Part shown: positions 9,039 through 17,420 of the stretch, piece by piece
Layout of the letters: every line of letters begins with the position of its first letter
How positions within the stretch are numbered: position 1 is the first letter of the stretch
DNA from: Candidatus Nealsonbacteria bacterium
Lineage (GTDB): Bacteria; Patescibacteriota; Minisyncoccia; Minisyncoccales; PWPS01
Assembly: GCA_003560095.1 (NCBI GenBank)
Contig: PWJI01000010.1
Coordinates: forward strand, 1 to 50,678
DNA length: 50,678 nt
Direction of reading: 5' to 3'
The notes under the pieces: model-generated
Database searches by the model: none
Told to the model about the DNA's origin: nothing
The model's input: only the letters and a program-made list of their open reading frames with translations
Made by a program: the position numbers and the translations under genes

Positions 9039-10352
9039 TTAATTATCAGAAGATTCTTCTTCTTTTTCGCTGGTTAGTTTTTTTATTTTTTCTTTAGCTT
9101 TTTTCAATTCTTTCTTTAATTCAATCATTTTAAGTTCTCTGCCAACCATCATTTTACTCATTTTTTCGTATTCTTTTATCTTCTTCTCCATTTCCTCTGT
9201 TCTTTTTTTAACTTCAGCCTCTAGTTTTTCATTTATTTCGCTTAGCTCTTTTGTTCTTGCTTTTACTTTGACTTCCAAAATATCTTTTTCTTCCTCTTTC
9301 TTCTTGCTTATCTTGCCTAAATCATCAACCATTTTATTAAAATTCTCTGCCAATTCCCCAAACTCATCTTTTGATTTTATTTGCGCATAAGAATTAAAAT
9401 CACCTTTTGCAACTCTTTTTGCGGCAATGGAAATGTCTTTTAGGGGTTTCATTACTCTTCTTGAAATGAAAAAAGAAACCAAGATAATGGGCAAAAAGAA
9501 AGCAATTGACAAAAGGAGATAATAGGTTGCCATCTCACTTAAAAGCCAAACTGCACCCTCCCGTGAACGTGCAGTTATTAAATGCCAATTTAGCTCATAA
9601 TCTTCATTCCCAAAATTCATATTTCGAAAATTAGCATTCATTATGCTCCCCTCAAAATGAAACTCTGTACTTCCTTCGCTTCTTTGCAGATTTTGGTGTA
9701 GCGGATAAGCATCCGTTATTTTTTCGAAAATATAATCTCTATCAGAAGAAAATATAATAATCCCATAAGGATTTAAAATAAACACTACTCCTTTTGCTGC
9801 TATTGCCGTATCAATTATTCTAAATAGCCCCCCCATATCAACTTGAACAACAATATAAGAAACATACCTATCTTCTTTAATTTCATGGGGAATAAAAACT
9901 GTTATCGCAGAATCTCTTGACTCAGAAATAATATGAGCCTCTGAAACAATTGTTTGCTCCTCACTCTTTGCCTTTAAAAACCATGGATTTTTAGCCCAAT
10001 CTTCTCTTTCTCCGGTAGAAAAAACTGTTTCTCCGGCCTCATTAACAACAGATATTTTTCTAAAAAAAGATTGATTTTTGGATATTTCTTTTAATGCTTC
10101 TTTTTTTTCTTGAGTAGAATAATTCTTATCTCTTAGTTTATGATTATCAGTAATAAGTTCAGCACTTTTAACTGCATTACTTATAAAAATATCTGCTTTT
10201 ACAGAAATCAAGTCTCCGGTCTCTTTTGCTCTTTCATAATTCGTATTTTGAATATATGAATTAAAAAAATAAAAAAGAAAACCCCCTCCAATAAAGAGAG
10301 GCAAAGACCCTATTAAGATCAAAATAATTATTAGATTAGTCCTAAATTTCAT
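9039..10352 (-). CDS. Cache-like sensor plus HAMP domain transducer ending in a coiled coil, with no recognisable output domain
   Basis: TM1 spans aa 7-29, an extracytoplasmic region of about 240 aa follows, and TM2 spans aa 273-295. The HAMP domain is PLKDISIAAKRVAKGDFNSYAQIKSKDEFGELAENFNKMVDDL (about 9315-9467). The coiled coil runs LEVKVKARTKEL..KEYEKMSKMMVGRELKMIELKKEL to the stop. Confidence 0.7.
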   Translation of the reverse strand: MKFRTNLIIILILIGSLPLFIGGGFLFYFFNSYIQNTNYERAKETGDLISVKADIFISNAVKSAELITDNHKLRDKNYSTQEKKEALKEISKNQSFFRKISVVNEAGETVFSTGEREDWAKNPWFLKAKSEEQTIVSEAHIISESRDSAITVFIPHEIKEDRYVSYIVVQVDMGGLFRIIDTAIAAKGVVFILNPYGIIIFSSDRDYIFEKITDAYPLHQNLQRSEGSTEFHFEGSIMNANFRNMNFGNEDYELNWHLITARSREGAVWLLSEMATYYLLLSIAFFLPIILVSFFISRRVMKPLKDISIAAKRVAKGDFNSYAQIKSKDEFGELAENFNKMVDDLGKISKKKEEEKDILEVKVKARTKELSEINEKLEAEVKKRTEEMEKKIKEYEKMSKMMVGRELKMIELKKELKKAKEKIKKLTSEKEEESSDN

Positions 10353-10403
10353 TTTATTATTTTTTTATCATTATAGCACACAATAATTAAGAAACCGTAA
10401 ATT

Positions 10404-11075
10404 TTAATCAAGGGAATTTTCGTTTTTTTCTTTCTTTTCTCGTAACTCTTTTAGCTCTTTCTTCATTTCCATCATTCTTAGTTCTCTGCCAACCATGAGT
10501 TTACTCATTTTTTCGTATTCTTTTATTTTCTTATTTAATTCTTTCGTTCTCTCTTGAACCTCATTCTCTAACTTTTCATTCATCTCTTCTATTTCTTTGG
10601 TTCTAGCGCTAACCTGAACCTCTAAGACTTGCTTTTGCTCTTCTAGTGAAATTTGCTCCTTTAATTTTTCCACCATTTTATTAAATCGTTTTGTAAGCTC
10701 TCCTATTTCGTCATTATCATAAATTTTAACCCTCACATCAAAATTACCTTTGGTTACTTTTTTTGTACCACTATCAAGCCTTCTTATTGGCTTGGAAATA
10801 TTTCTAGCCAATAATATAGATCCAAACAAAGAAAGAATAATAACTATAAATAGCGTTAAAAGTGACTGCGTTCCAATATCAGTCATAAGGGGTAAAAATT
10901 CTTTTCCTGCCTCCACAACATTCTTATTTTTATGATTTTCAAAAAAATTTACTAAAGATTGTTGGTATGAAAAATTAATAAGAAAGCCTGCTACAATTAC
11001 AGGAAAGACAGTAAATAAAAAAGAAGATAAAACAAGCTTTCCAAAAACACTTTTTAGCATAGATCTTTTTTTCAT
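10404..11075 (-). CDS. short HAMP-domain transducer, paralogue of the C-terminal half of 9039..10352
   Basis: Two TM helices flank a loop of about 35 aa. The HAMP domain is KPIRRLDSGTKKVTKGNFDVRVKIYDNDEIGELTKRFNKMVEKL. The tail is the same as the neighbour's: LEVQVSARTKEI..KEYEKMSKLMVGRELRMMEMKKEL. Confidence 0.7.
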   Translation of the reverse strand: MKKRSMLKSVFGKLVLSSFLFTVFPVIVAGFLINFSYQQSLVNFFENHKNKNVVEAGKEFLPLMTDIGTQSLLTLFIVIILSLFGSILLARNISKPIRRLDSGTKKVTKGNFDVRVKIYDNDEIGELTKRFNKMVEKLKEQISLEEQKQVLEVQVSARTKEIEEMNEKLENEVQERTKELNKKIKEYEKMSKLMVGRELRMMEMKKELKELREKKEKNENSLD

Positions 11076-11105
11076 TTTATTTTCTTTAAATTTCTTTATA
11101 TATGT

Positions 11106-11819
11106 TTATTCATCCTCTTCAGGCTCCTCTGTTACAAAATAATATATTATCATTGCAGAAACCATGATGCCTATTCTTACAAGGAGAAGAGTTACTCCTT
11201 TTGCTAAAGCAAGTCCATCAAAGACAGCAACCATTGCATAAGTTAAAAATCCTACATTTATTGCCAAAAATTGCTTGTAATAAAAATTACCTTTTTTCCT
11301 CCATCCATTAAACTTTCTTACAAGATCAGCTAATATACAAATAATTGCAGGTATAAATATTCCGTAAACAAAAACTGCATGAGTAAGCATATTTGCATCA
11401 TATTTTGTACCCCATCGATTCACTTCTGCAAGGTCAAATCCATAAATAAACAAACTAGTTACCACGGCAAAAGAAACAAGAGTAAAAATTCCCGAAAACA
11501 AACTTTCCTTATTTTTCTTTTTATAAAAAAATAAATTGCCATAAAAATAAAAAAGAGGAAGAATATGTAAATACGTAAGTGGCCCAACAAACCACTTCCA
11601 AGAGAGCATATCAAGCTCAGGAAAACCCAACCAAAAAAATAAATTTCTTAGTCCTACGGAAAGCCAAAGCAAGCCAAAAAATAACAAAAAATAATCAAGA
11701 TTTTTGTTCCATAAAACCTTTTTTTTGCTTCTTAGTGAATTTATTTTCCAAAAAACAAAAACTCCACTTCCTCCGGCAAAAAAACAAACAACAACATTAT
11801 ATAAAACTCCTATATCCAT
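11106..11819 (-). CDS. seven-helix integral membrane protein, unknown function
   Basis: 237 aa. I count 7 hydrophobic segments and an acidic C-terminal tail (TEEPEEDE). It lies immediately upstream of the two HAMP genes on the same strand. Confidence 0.45.
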   Translation of the reverse strand: MDIGVLYNVVVCFFAGGSGVFVFWKINSLRSKKKVLWNKNLDYFLLFFGLLWLSVGLRNLFFWLGFPELDMLSWKWFVGPLTYLHILPLFYFYGNLFFYKKKNKESLFSGIFTLVSFAVVTSLFIYGFDLAEVNRWGTKYDANMLTHAVFVYGIFIPAIICILADLVRKFNGWRKKGNFYYKQFLAINVGFLTYAMVAVFDGLALAKGVTLLLVRIGIMVSAMIIYYFVTEEPEEDE

Positions 11820-11847
11820 AATTATTAATTCTTATAAAAACAAAAAA

Positions 11848-12513
11848 TTATTCTTTTATTATTTTCTTTATAAAATCAGCTTCTTCTTTTGTCCTTGATA
11901 TAGAATAATACAATCTCGGCACTCTGGAAAGTCTAACCCTTTCTTCGTTTTCTTGTATTACATGAACAAGGCTTCCTTTTTCTTCGTTTTCCGGAGATGT
12001 TATTACAACCCCCTTTTTTAAATAATCTTCTACTTGCTTAACCTCCCTAATGTTGGAAGAAGAGATATGCTCAAATTCCTCTATAATCTCAGTAGAAGAA
12101 AGATCAGTAAAAAACATGAACTTATTCATATCTTCTTTCAAGAGAATAAACTCCTCATAAAAAAGAAAAACATACCCCGGACCAATAATCAATGAAGGAA
12201 AATACTTCTCTCCTTTTAAAACACCTCTTCCTGAAATAGAAAAATCGGCCAAACCATCTTGCATTGCTTGAAAGTTTTCCTTTGTAGAGTTTGTTTTTTT
12301 TACAGAAAAACCTTCTTTTTTTAAATCGTCAAGAATATAGTAAAAAGTTGGGCAAGCCGCTACGGTTATATTACTAAAATCTTCATTATCAATGCCTTTA
12401 AGTTCGCCTATGGGATAATTTTTAAAAAGACGAGATAAGGGAAAGGTAAAAAGAATTACTATTCCTATTAAAATTACTAAAATGCTTTTTTTTTGGTTAT
12501 TGATTTTTTTCAT
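11848..12513 (-). CDS. N-terminally anchored exported protein, possibly periplasmic-binding-protein-like
   Basis: 221 aa with a TM anchor. The segment ITVAACPTFYYILDDLKKEGF..ENFQAMQDGLADFSISGRG is reminiscent of type 2 PBPs (PhnD/SsuA-like). This assignment is weak. Confidence 0.3.
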   Translation of the reverse strand: MKKINNQKKSILVILIGIVILFTFPLSRLFKNYPIGELKGIDNEDFSNITVAACPTFYYILDDLKKEGFSVKKTNSTKENFQAMQDGLADFSISGRGVLKGEKYFPSLIIGPGYVFLFYEEFILLKEDMNKFMFFTDLSSTEIIEEFEHISSSNIREVKQVEDYLKKGVVITSPENEEKGSLVHVIQENEERVRLSRVPRLYYSISRTKEEADFIKKIIKE

Positions 12514-12521
12514 TTCAAGGA

Positions 12522-12902
12522 TTAAAAATCACATTCAGTTTTTTGAGCAAACTCTTCTGGAGAAAGATACCCTTCGTAAAAAAGATTTCCTTTAAGCTGT
12601 GTTTCGGGAACAACTCCTGTTAGTTTTTCCTCTCTGCATCGATGGTTCTCTTCTTGACAATCTACATAAATAGGATTTATCTTTTCGCGCCCCCCAAAAC
12701 TCTCTACAAGAGCATTACAGGCAGCGCAAAAAGGCTCCCCGTAAATAACAATTCCTTCTTCTTTCAGACACTCTACAAACTCTTTAAAAGCCATTGTGCC
12801 ATCATTTTCGCCCTCTTCTGTCTTGCTTATTTCTCTAAAGTAAAAAAAACCAAAAATAGAAAGAAAAGCAGCAATAATAAGTAAAATATCTCTTTCTTTC
12901 AT
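12522..12902 (-). CDS. membrane-anchored extracytoplasmic thioredoxin-like protein (CAAC active site)
   Basis: IVIYGEPFCAACNALVESFGGREKINPIYVDCQEENHRCREEKLTGVVPETQLKG aligns residue for residue with the 5717..6214 product. Confidence 0.65.
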   Translation of the reverse strand: MKERDILLIIAAFLSIFGFFYFREISKTEEGENDGTMAFKEFVECLKEEGIVIYGEPFCAACNALVESFGGREKINPIYVDCQEENHRCREEKLTGVVPETQLKGNLFYEGYLSPEEFAQKTECDF

Positions 12903-12914
12903 TTTCCTATTTTT

Positions 12915-13604
12915 TTAGTAAAAAATCATTTCATCAGTAACTTCCATGTGAGAGGGTATTTCAAAAACCTCGTCAGATATATCATTTATTTCTATTTCTG
13001 AAACTTCAATAACTCTTTCTCCCCCAAAAGCTTCTTCTTTTATTTTAATAGGTAGGCCTTTTTCTTCCCAAATCCACATTTTTATCATCTCTTCCATTTC
13101 ATCTTCATATTCAATAACAAAACATCTTTTTTCTTCTATGCTTTCAATGGCAACAAAATCTAAATCATAGTCGTTTAAGGAATGAATTTTTCTTGATACA
13201 TCATAATAATATAGCCTATCTTTTGATTCACCAGGCAGTATGGTAGCTTTGCGTGAACCAGCATTATAGGTATAAACATCCCCTTCTTTGTCAATTAAAT
13301 TAATTGTTTTTAGTCCCCCAATATCCATTTCTATCTTTAATTTATCTCCCTTTTTCCAAAAATCAACAACGATAATGCCCTCAGGAGAAGACTCTTTTAA
13401 TTGATAATATAAAGAATCTATTTCCTTGCCTTTTTTTATAACATTTTCAAACTCCTTAATGTCTTCCTCTTTGAACTCCTTTTCAGAAAGCTCCTCTTTT
13501 TCACCAGGCAAAGTTTTCTCTTCTTCATCTCTTAGGAAAAAAATTAGACCTATGCCCAAAAAAACAATTATTGCTATAAAAATAATAATATTTTTATTTT
13601 TCAT
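12915..13604 (-). CDS. N-terminally anchored LolA-fold-like (lipoprotein-sorting-protein-like / DUF4367-like) protein
   Basis: The pattern is YYQL..FWKKGDKLKIEMD...CFVIEYED..KMWIWEEKGLPIKIKEE...DEVFEIP. It is shared with 29224..29850 and 35047..35814. The fold assignment is from a remembered family pattern. Confidence 0.45.
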   Translation of the reverse strand: MKNKNIIIFIAIIVFLGIGLIFFLRDEEEKTLPGEKEELSEKEFKEEDIKEFENVIKKGKEIDSLYYQLKESSPEGIIVVDFWKKGDKLKIEMDIGGLKTINLIDKEGDVYTYNAGSRKATILPGESKDRLYYYDVSRKIHSLNDYDLDFVAIESIEEKRCFVIEYEDEMEEMIKMWIWEEKGLPIKIKEEAFGGERVIEVSEIEINDISDEVFEIPSHMEVTDEMIFY

Positions 13605-13647
13605 ATTTTTATTTTATTTCTATTTTTTGTAAATAAGTATCTTTAAG

Positions 13648-14958
13648 TTAATTTCTGCCAATAAATTCTTTTCCTATATAAGGCCTTAATACTTCAGGAA
13701 CTTTAATAGATCCGTCTTTTTGCTGATAGCTTTCCATAATAGCAATTAATATTCTTGGCGATGCTATCGCGGTATTATTGAGTGCAAAAGCATATTTTTT
13801 TTCTCCTTCGTTGCTTAAATATTTTATATTCAATCTCCTCGTTTGCCAGCTTGTCAAATTAGAGTCTGAGTGAGTTTCTCCATAAGAATTTCTTGATGGC
13901 ATCCACGTTTCAATATCATACATCTTATATTTTCCCGCACCCATATCCGCAGTACAAATTTTAATAACTCTATACGGAAGATTCAATTCCCGCAAAATTT
14001 CTTCTGAAATGTTTCTCATTTCTTCTAAGTAACCATTGGATTCTTCTATGCTGTCTTTGCATATTACAACTTGTTCCACTTTCATAAATTCATGAATTCG
14101 ATAAAGCCCTTTGACATCTTTCCCGTAACTACCTACTTCTGATCGATAGCATTGAGAAATACCACAAACTTTCTCGGGTAAATCTTTTTCCTTTATAACC
14201 TTATCTGCATAATAAGCCAAGAGAGAGGGCTCTGAGGTTCCCACTAAATATTTAGGGGTTTTTATCTCTTCTCCGCTATCTAATTTTCCAGGATTTCCAA
14301 TCTGATACACTTCATCTTTATCAAAAGGAAAGTGCCCGCTTCCCGTCAAAGCGAACCCATTAACCAAAGTTGGTGGCAAGAGAGGAGAAAATCCTTTCTG
14401 TATAAGTTTTTTAAGTGAGTACCAAAGAATTCCAAAATGAAGAAGAACTGCTTCGTTTTTTAAATAATAACCCCTAAACCCGGAAACCTTTGCTCCTGCC
14501 TTTAAATCAATAAGATTTAAACTTTCTCCAAGCTCTATATGGCTTTTTGCTTGAAAATCAAATACCGGAACATTTCCCCATTTTTTTTCCTCAACATTGT
14601 CGTCTTCGCTTTTTCCTACCGGAGTATCGGGAGAGGGAACATTGGGGACAAAAAGCATCATTTTCTGAAACTCGTTGTCAATTTTTCTAAAATCTTCTTC
14701 TTTTATTTTTATATCTTCTTTTATTTTTTTCCCTTTTTCTATAAGTTCTTTTCTTTTTTGGGTATCCTTTTTCTCTATTTTCTTTATCTCTTCAACATTT
14801 TTATTTCTATAATTACGAAAATCCTCTATTTCTTTTAAGAGCTTTTTTCTTTTAAAATTTAATTCCAAGAGCCTGTCTATATCAACGTCAATTTGCTTTA
14901 CTTTTACTGCCTCTTTTACTTTTTCTTTGTTTTTTTCAATAAACTTAATATCTAGCAT
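13648..14958 (-). CDS. serS: seryl-tRNA synthetase
   Basis: 436 aa. The N-terminal coiled-coil arm is MLDIKFIEKNKEKVKEAV.. Class II motifs follow: GFRGYYLKNE, YRSEVGSYGKDVKGLYRIHEF and NNTAIASPRILIAIMESYQ. Confidence 0.95.
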   Translation of the reverse strand: MLDIKFIEKNKEKVKEAVKVKQIDVDIDRLLELNFKRKKLLKEIEDFRNYRNKNVEEIKKIEKKDTQKRKELIEKGKKIKEDIKIKEEDFRKIDNEFQKMMLFVPNVPSPDTPVGKSEDDNVEEKKWGNVPVFDFQAKSHIELGESLNLIDLKAGAKVSGFRGYYLKNEAVLLHFGILWYSLKKLIQKGFSPLLPPTLVNGFALTGSGHFPFDKDEVYQIGNPGKLDSGEEIKTPKYLVGTSEPSLLAYYADKVIKEKDLPEKVCGISQCYRSEVGSYGKDVKGLYRIHEFMKVEQVVICKDSIEESNGYLEEMRNISEEILRELNLPYRVIKICTADMGAGKYKMYDIETWMPSRNSYGETHSDSNLTSWQTRRLNIKYLSNEGEKKYAFALNNTAIASPRILIAIMESYQQKDGSIKVPEVLRPYIGKEFIGRN

Positions 14959-15067
14959 AATAACACTCCATTTATTTTTAATTCTTTTTTACATTATAGA
15001 CATTATTAGCAAAAAAGAAAGTTTAATTTTCCAAAAAAGAGATTTTCATAAATCTCTTTAAGATTTA

Positions 15068-15490
15068 TCATTGCAAGCAACGAACTTTTTCTTCTATTAT
15101 GTGGCACTCATAGAACTCTTCTTCTTTTTTAAGAAAATAAACTCCATCTGAAGATTTGACGATATCATTCTCTCTTACTTGCCTATATTCATTATACCCT
15201 TGAAAAAAAATAAAATCTTCTTTTTTTTCTTCGTTTTCTTCTAAAAAAGCAATAAAACAATCTCTTGCATCTTTGTTTGTTTTAATTTTTTCAGGACAAC
15301 TATACAAAACAACTTCTTCTTTTTGACCAATATCACTCGTCACTCTTACGGTCCTATGGGTAACAACTTCTCCTAAATCACCCTTTATAAAATTAGTAAA
15401 AGACGAGACAACAAGGACCGCAACAAGTGCAAATAAAAAAATTATTAAAATTCCCAGTACGCTATTTGTTTTATTATCCATAAATTTCAA
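15068..15490 (-). CDS. N-terminally anchored exported protein with 4 Cys, unknown function
   Basis: 140 aa with TM anchor VLGILIIFLFALVAVLVV. It ends with a TGA stop. Confidence 0.4.
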   Translation of the reverse strand: MKFMDNKTNSVLGILIIFLFALVAVLVVSSFTNFIKGDLGEVVTHRTVRVTSDIGQKEEVVLYSCPEKIKTNKDARDCFIAFLEENEEKKEDFIFFQGYNEYRQVRENDIVKSSDGVYFLKKEEEFYECHIIEEKVRCLQ

Positions 15491-15538
15491 GAATAAAAAC
15501 TTTTATTAATTTTGGTTATGCTTTTATGTCTTAAGAGA

Positions 15539-15964
15539 TTAAAAACTACACGAAGAAAAATTTTCTATCTCTTTTATTGTGAGTACTCCTCTTACTTTCT
15601 CTCCTTTTTTGGGGAAATTCCATGTAGGAAAATTTTTTATTTTTTTAGCTTGACACTGAAAAGAAAGCTCTTCTTTTTCTGATTCAATACAATTAAAGTA
15701 AAGAAAATCTGCTTCATTTCCAAGGATATTTTTTTGCAGCTTAGTGGAGTCATCTTTATCGGATCCATAAAATTTTACCCCCTCCTCTTTTAGACAAAGA
15801 TAAAAATATTTTAGATCTTCTTTTCGATTTACGTTTTCTCTTTGATAAAGCGCTGCAAAAGAAAAATCACCAAAACCTTCTTCTGTTTGGGTATCTAATA
15901 AAATTAATAAAGAAACACTCACCAAAAAAAATATAAATATTTTCAAAATAATTTTTTTTCTCAT
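15539..15964 (-). CDS. thioredoxin-like paralogue lacking the CxxC active site
   Basis: VKFYGSDKDDSTKLQKNILGNEADFLYFNCIESEKEELSFQCQAKKIKNFPTW aligns with the two Trx-like proteins, but CxxC is replaced by DDST. The flanking structural Cys (LCLKE.., NC..C, ..SCSF) are retained. It overlaps the upstream gene by 4 nt. Confidence 0.5.
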   Translation of the reverse strand: MRKKIILKIFIFFLVSVSLLILLDTQTEEGFGDFSFAALYQRENVNRKEDLKYFYLCLKEEGVKFYGSDKDDSTKLQKNILGNEADFLYFNCIESEKEELSFQCQAKKIKNFPTWNFPKKGEKVRGVLTIKEIENFSSCSF

Positions 15965-17403
15965 TGCTCGGAAGAAAATATCTTTTCAAATTGATCCATT
16001 TTGTTGTAAACTTGAATAGTTTTTAGATTATACAACTCTTTTACATCTTGGTAAACCCCATATTCGGTTCCTCTTGCCGCTTTATATCCAGCACTTTCTA
16101 CTCTATCTAAAACTTCATAATTTAAAGCACCGTAAGGGTAAGCAAAAAAATCAATACTTACATCCAGTTTTCTTTGGAAAAAGTCCCTACTTCCAACTAT
16201 TTCAATTAAGAGACCTTCTTTACCTTCTTTGCTTAAATTGGGGTGATTCATGCTATGAGAACCTATTTCCATTCCATGCTCTATTAGCTCATTAACGTTA
16301 TTCCAATCCATGAACATTCCTCCTCCAATATAATTTCCAACCAAAAAAAACGTTGCTACAAAATCATATTCCTTAAGTACCGGAAAAGCATTTTCGTATT
16401 GATTCTTCCACCCGTCATCAAAGCTAATAATCAAATAATTTTCCGGAATCTCTTTGCCGTTATTTAAAAGATCTATAAATTTCTCAAAAGTAATCGGATT
16501 GTAGTTATTTTCATAAAGATATTTCATTTGCTCTTTAAACATAGAGGGGGTTACTGTTAAGTCTTTCCACTCCTTGCTGGCATCTTCAGGAAGATCTTCT
16601 ATGTGATGATACATTAAAATAGGCATTCTCAAGAAAGAAGACTCGTTCGTTTTTTTTCTTAAAGTAAAATAATTCTCACTTCTTTTTTTAATTAAATCAT
16701 CATTCCATATATACTCTATTTTTATTTTTACTTCTTTTTTTTCTGGAAGCACTTCTTTCGGAAACCACAAAAAATTCTCTAAAGAGCAATCTACATTTTT
16801 TTTAATTTCTTCTTTTTTATTTTCTTCACTTATAATATAAAAATCAATAGTTTCCTGTTTCATTTGAGAGGGGCAAGTCCATTTTATCTCATAACCTTCT
16901 CCGATAAAAACATTTTCTTTCACAGAAGAAGAAAAAAATATTTCAGGATAACTACTGCTTCCCGTAACCTCTTTCTCTTTTGCCACTTCTTCCTTCAAAG
17001 AGCTTTCTTCAAAAAACATTTTCAGCTCTCTTTTAATACTATCTTCCTTTCTGGCAACTTCTAAATTCTTTTCGTGCTCTTTATGGCTTAAAAAAACAAT
17101 AACACCTCCCCCCAAAAAAAAGACAATTAAAAAGCCTGTCAAAAATAAAATAATTTTATCAAGCCTTTCTTTTTTAAATTGATTATTTTCTCTTAGGGGG
17201 TTCGCTTTTTCTTCTTTTTGAATTATATTTCCACTTATTATTTTATCGAGAATTTCTTTGGAAGAAGTATTCCCCTGTTCTTTTCTAAGAAGAGCATCTC
17301 TATTTATTTCACTTTGTTTTATAATTTCTTGCAAAATAATATCATCAGAAAATCCCGCCTTTCTTGCTCTTTCTATAAATTCTATGATATTTTTTTCTTG
17401 CAT
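15961..17403 (-). CDS. type II membrane protein with a C-terminal polysaccharide deacetylase (NodB/CE4) domain and the shared N-terminal cytoplasmic module
   Basis: CE4 motifs are MPILMYHHI, ISFDDGW and GSHSMNHPNL. The TM lies around aa 84-106. The N-terminus is IIEFIERARKAGFSDDIILQEII..SSKEILDKII. Confidence 0.8.
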   Translation of the reverse strand: MQEKNIIEFIERARKAGFSDDIILQEIIKQSEINRDALLRKEQGNTSSKEILDKIISGNIIQKEEKANPLRENNQFKKERLDKIILFLTGFLIVFFLGGGVIVFLSHKEHEKNLEVARKEDSIKRELKMFFEESSLKEEVAKEKEVTGSSSYPEIFFSSSVKENVFIGEGYEIKWTCPSQMKQETIDFYIISEENKKEEIKKNVDCSLENFLWFPKEVLPEKKEVKIKIEYIWNDDLIKKRSENYFTLRKKTNESSFLRMPILMYHHIEDLPEDASKEWKDLTVTPSMFKEQMKYLYENNYNPITFEKFIDLLNNGKEIPENYLIISFDDGWKNQYENAFPVLKEYDFVATFFLVGNYIGGGMFMDWNNVNELIEHGMEIGSHSMNHPNLSKEGKEGLLIEIVGSRDFFQRKLDVSIDFFAYPYGALNYEVLDRVESAGYKAARGTEYGVYQDVKELYNLKTIQVYNKMDQFEKIFSSEQ

Positions 17404-17420
17404 ATTATAAAAATATTAAT

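Noticed and set aside
15068-15070. Alternative genetic code (TGA as a sense codon, as in some candidate phyla)
   Set aside because: TGA terminates this ORF at a sensible C-terminus. Conserved genes (serS, rnr, phr) are uninterrupted under the standard code.
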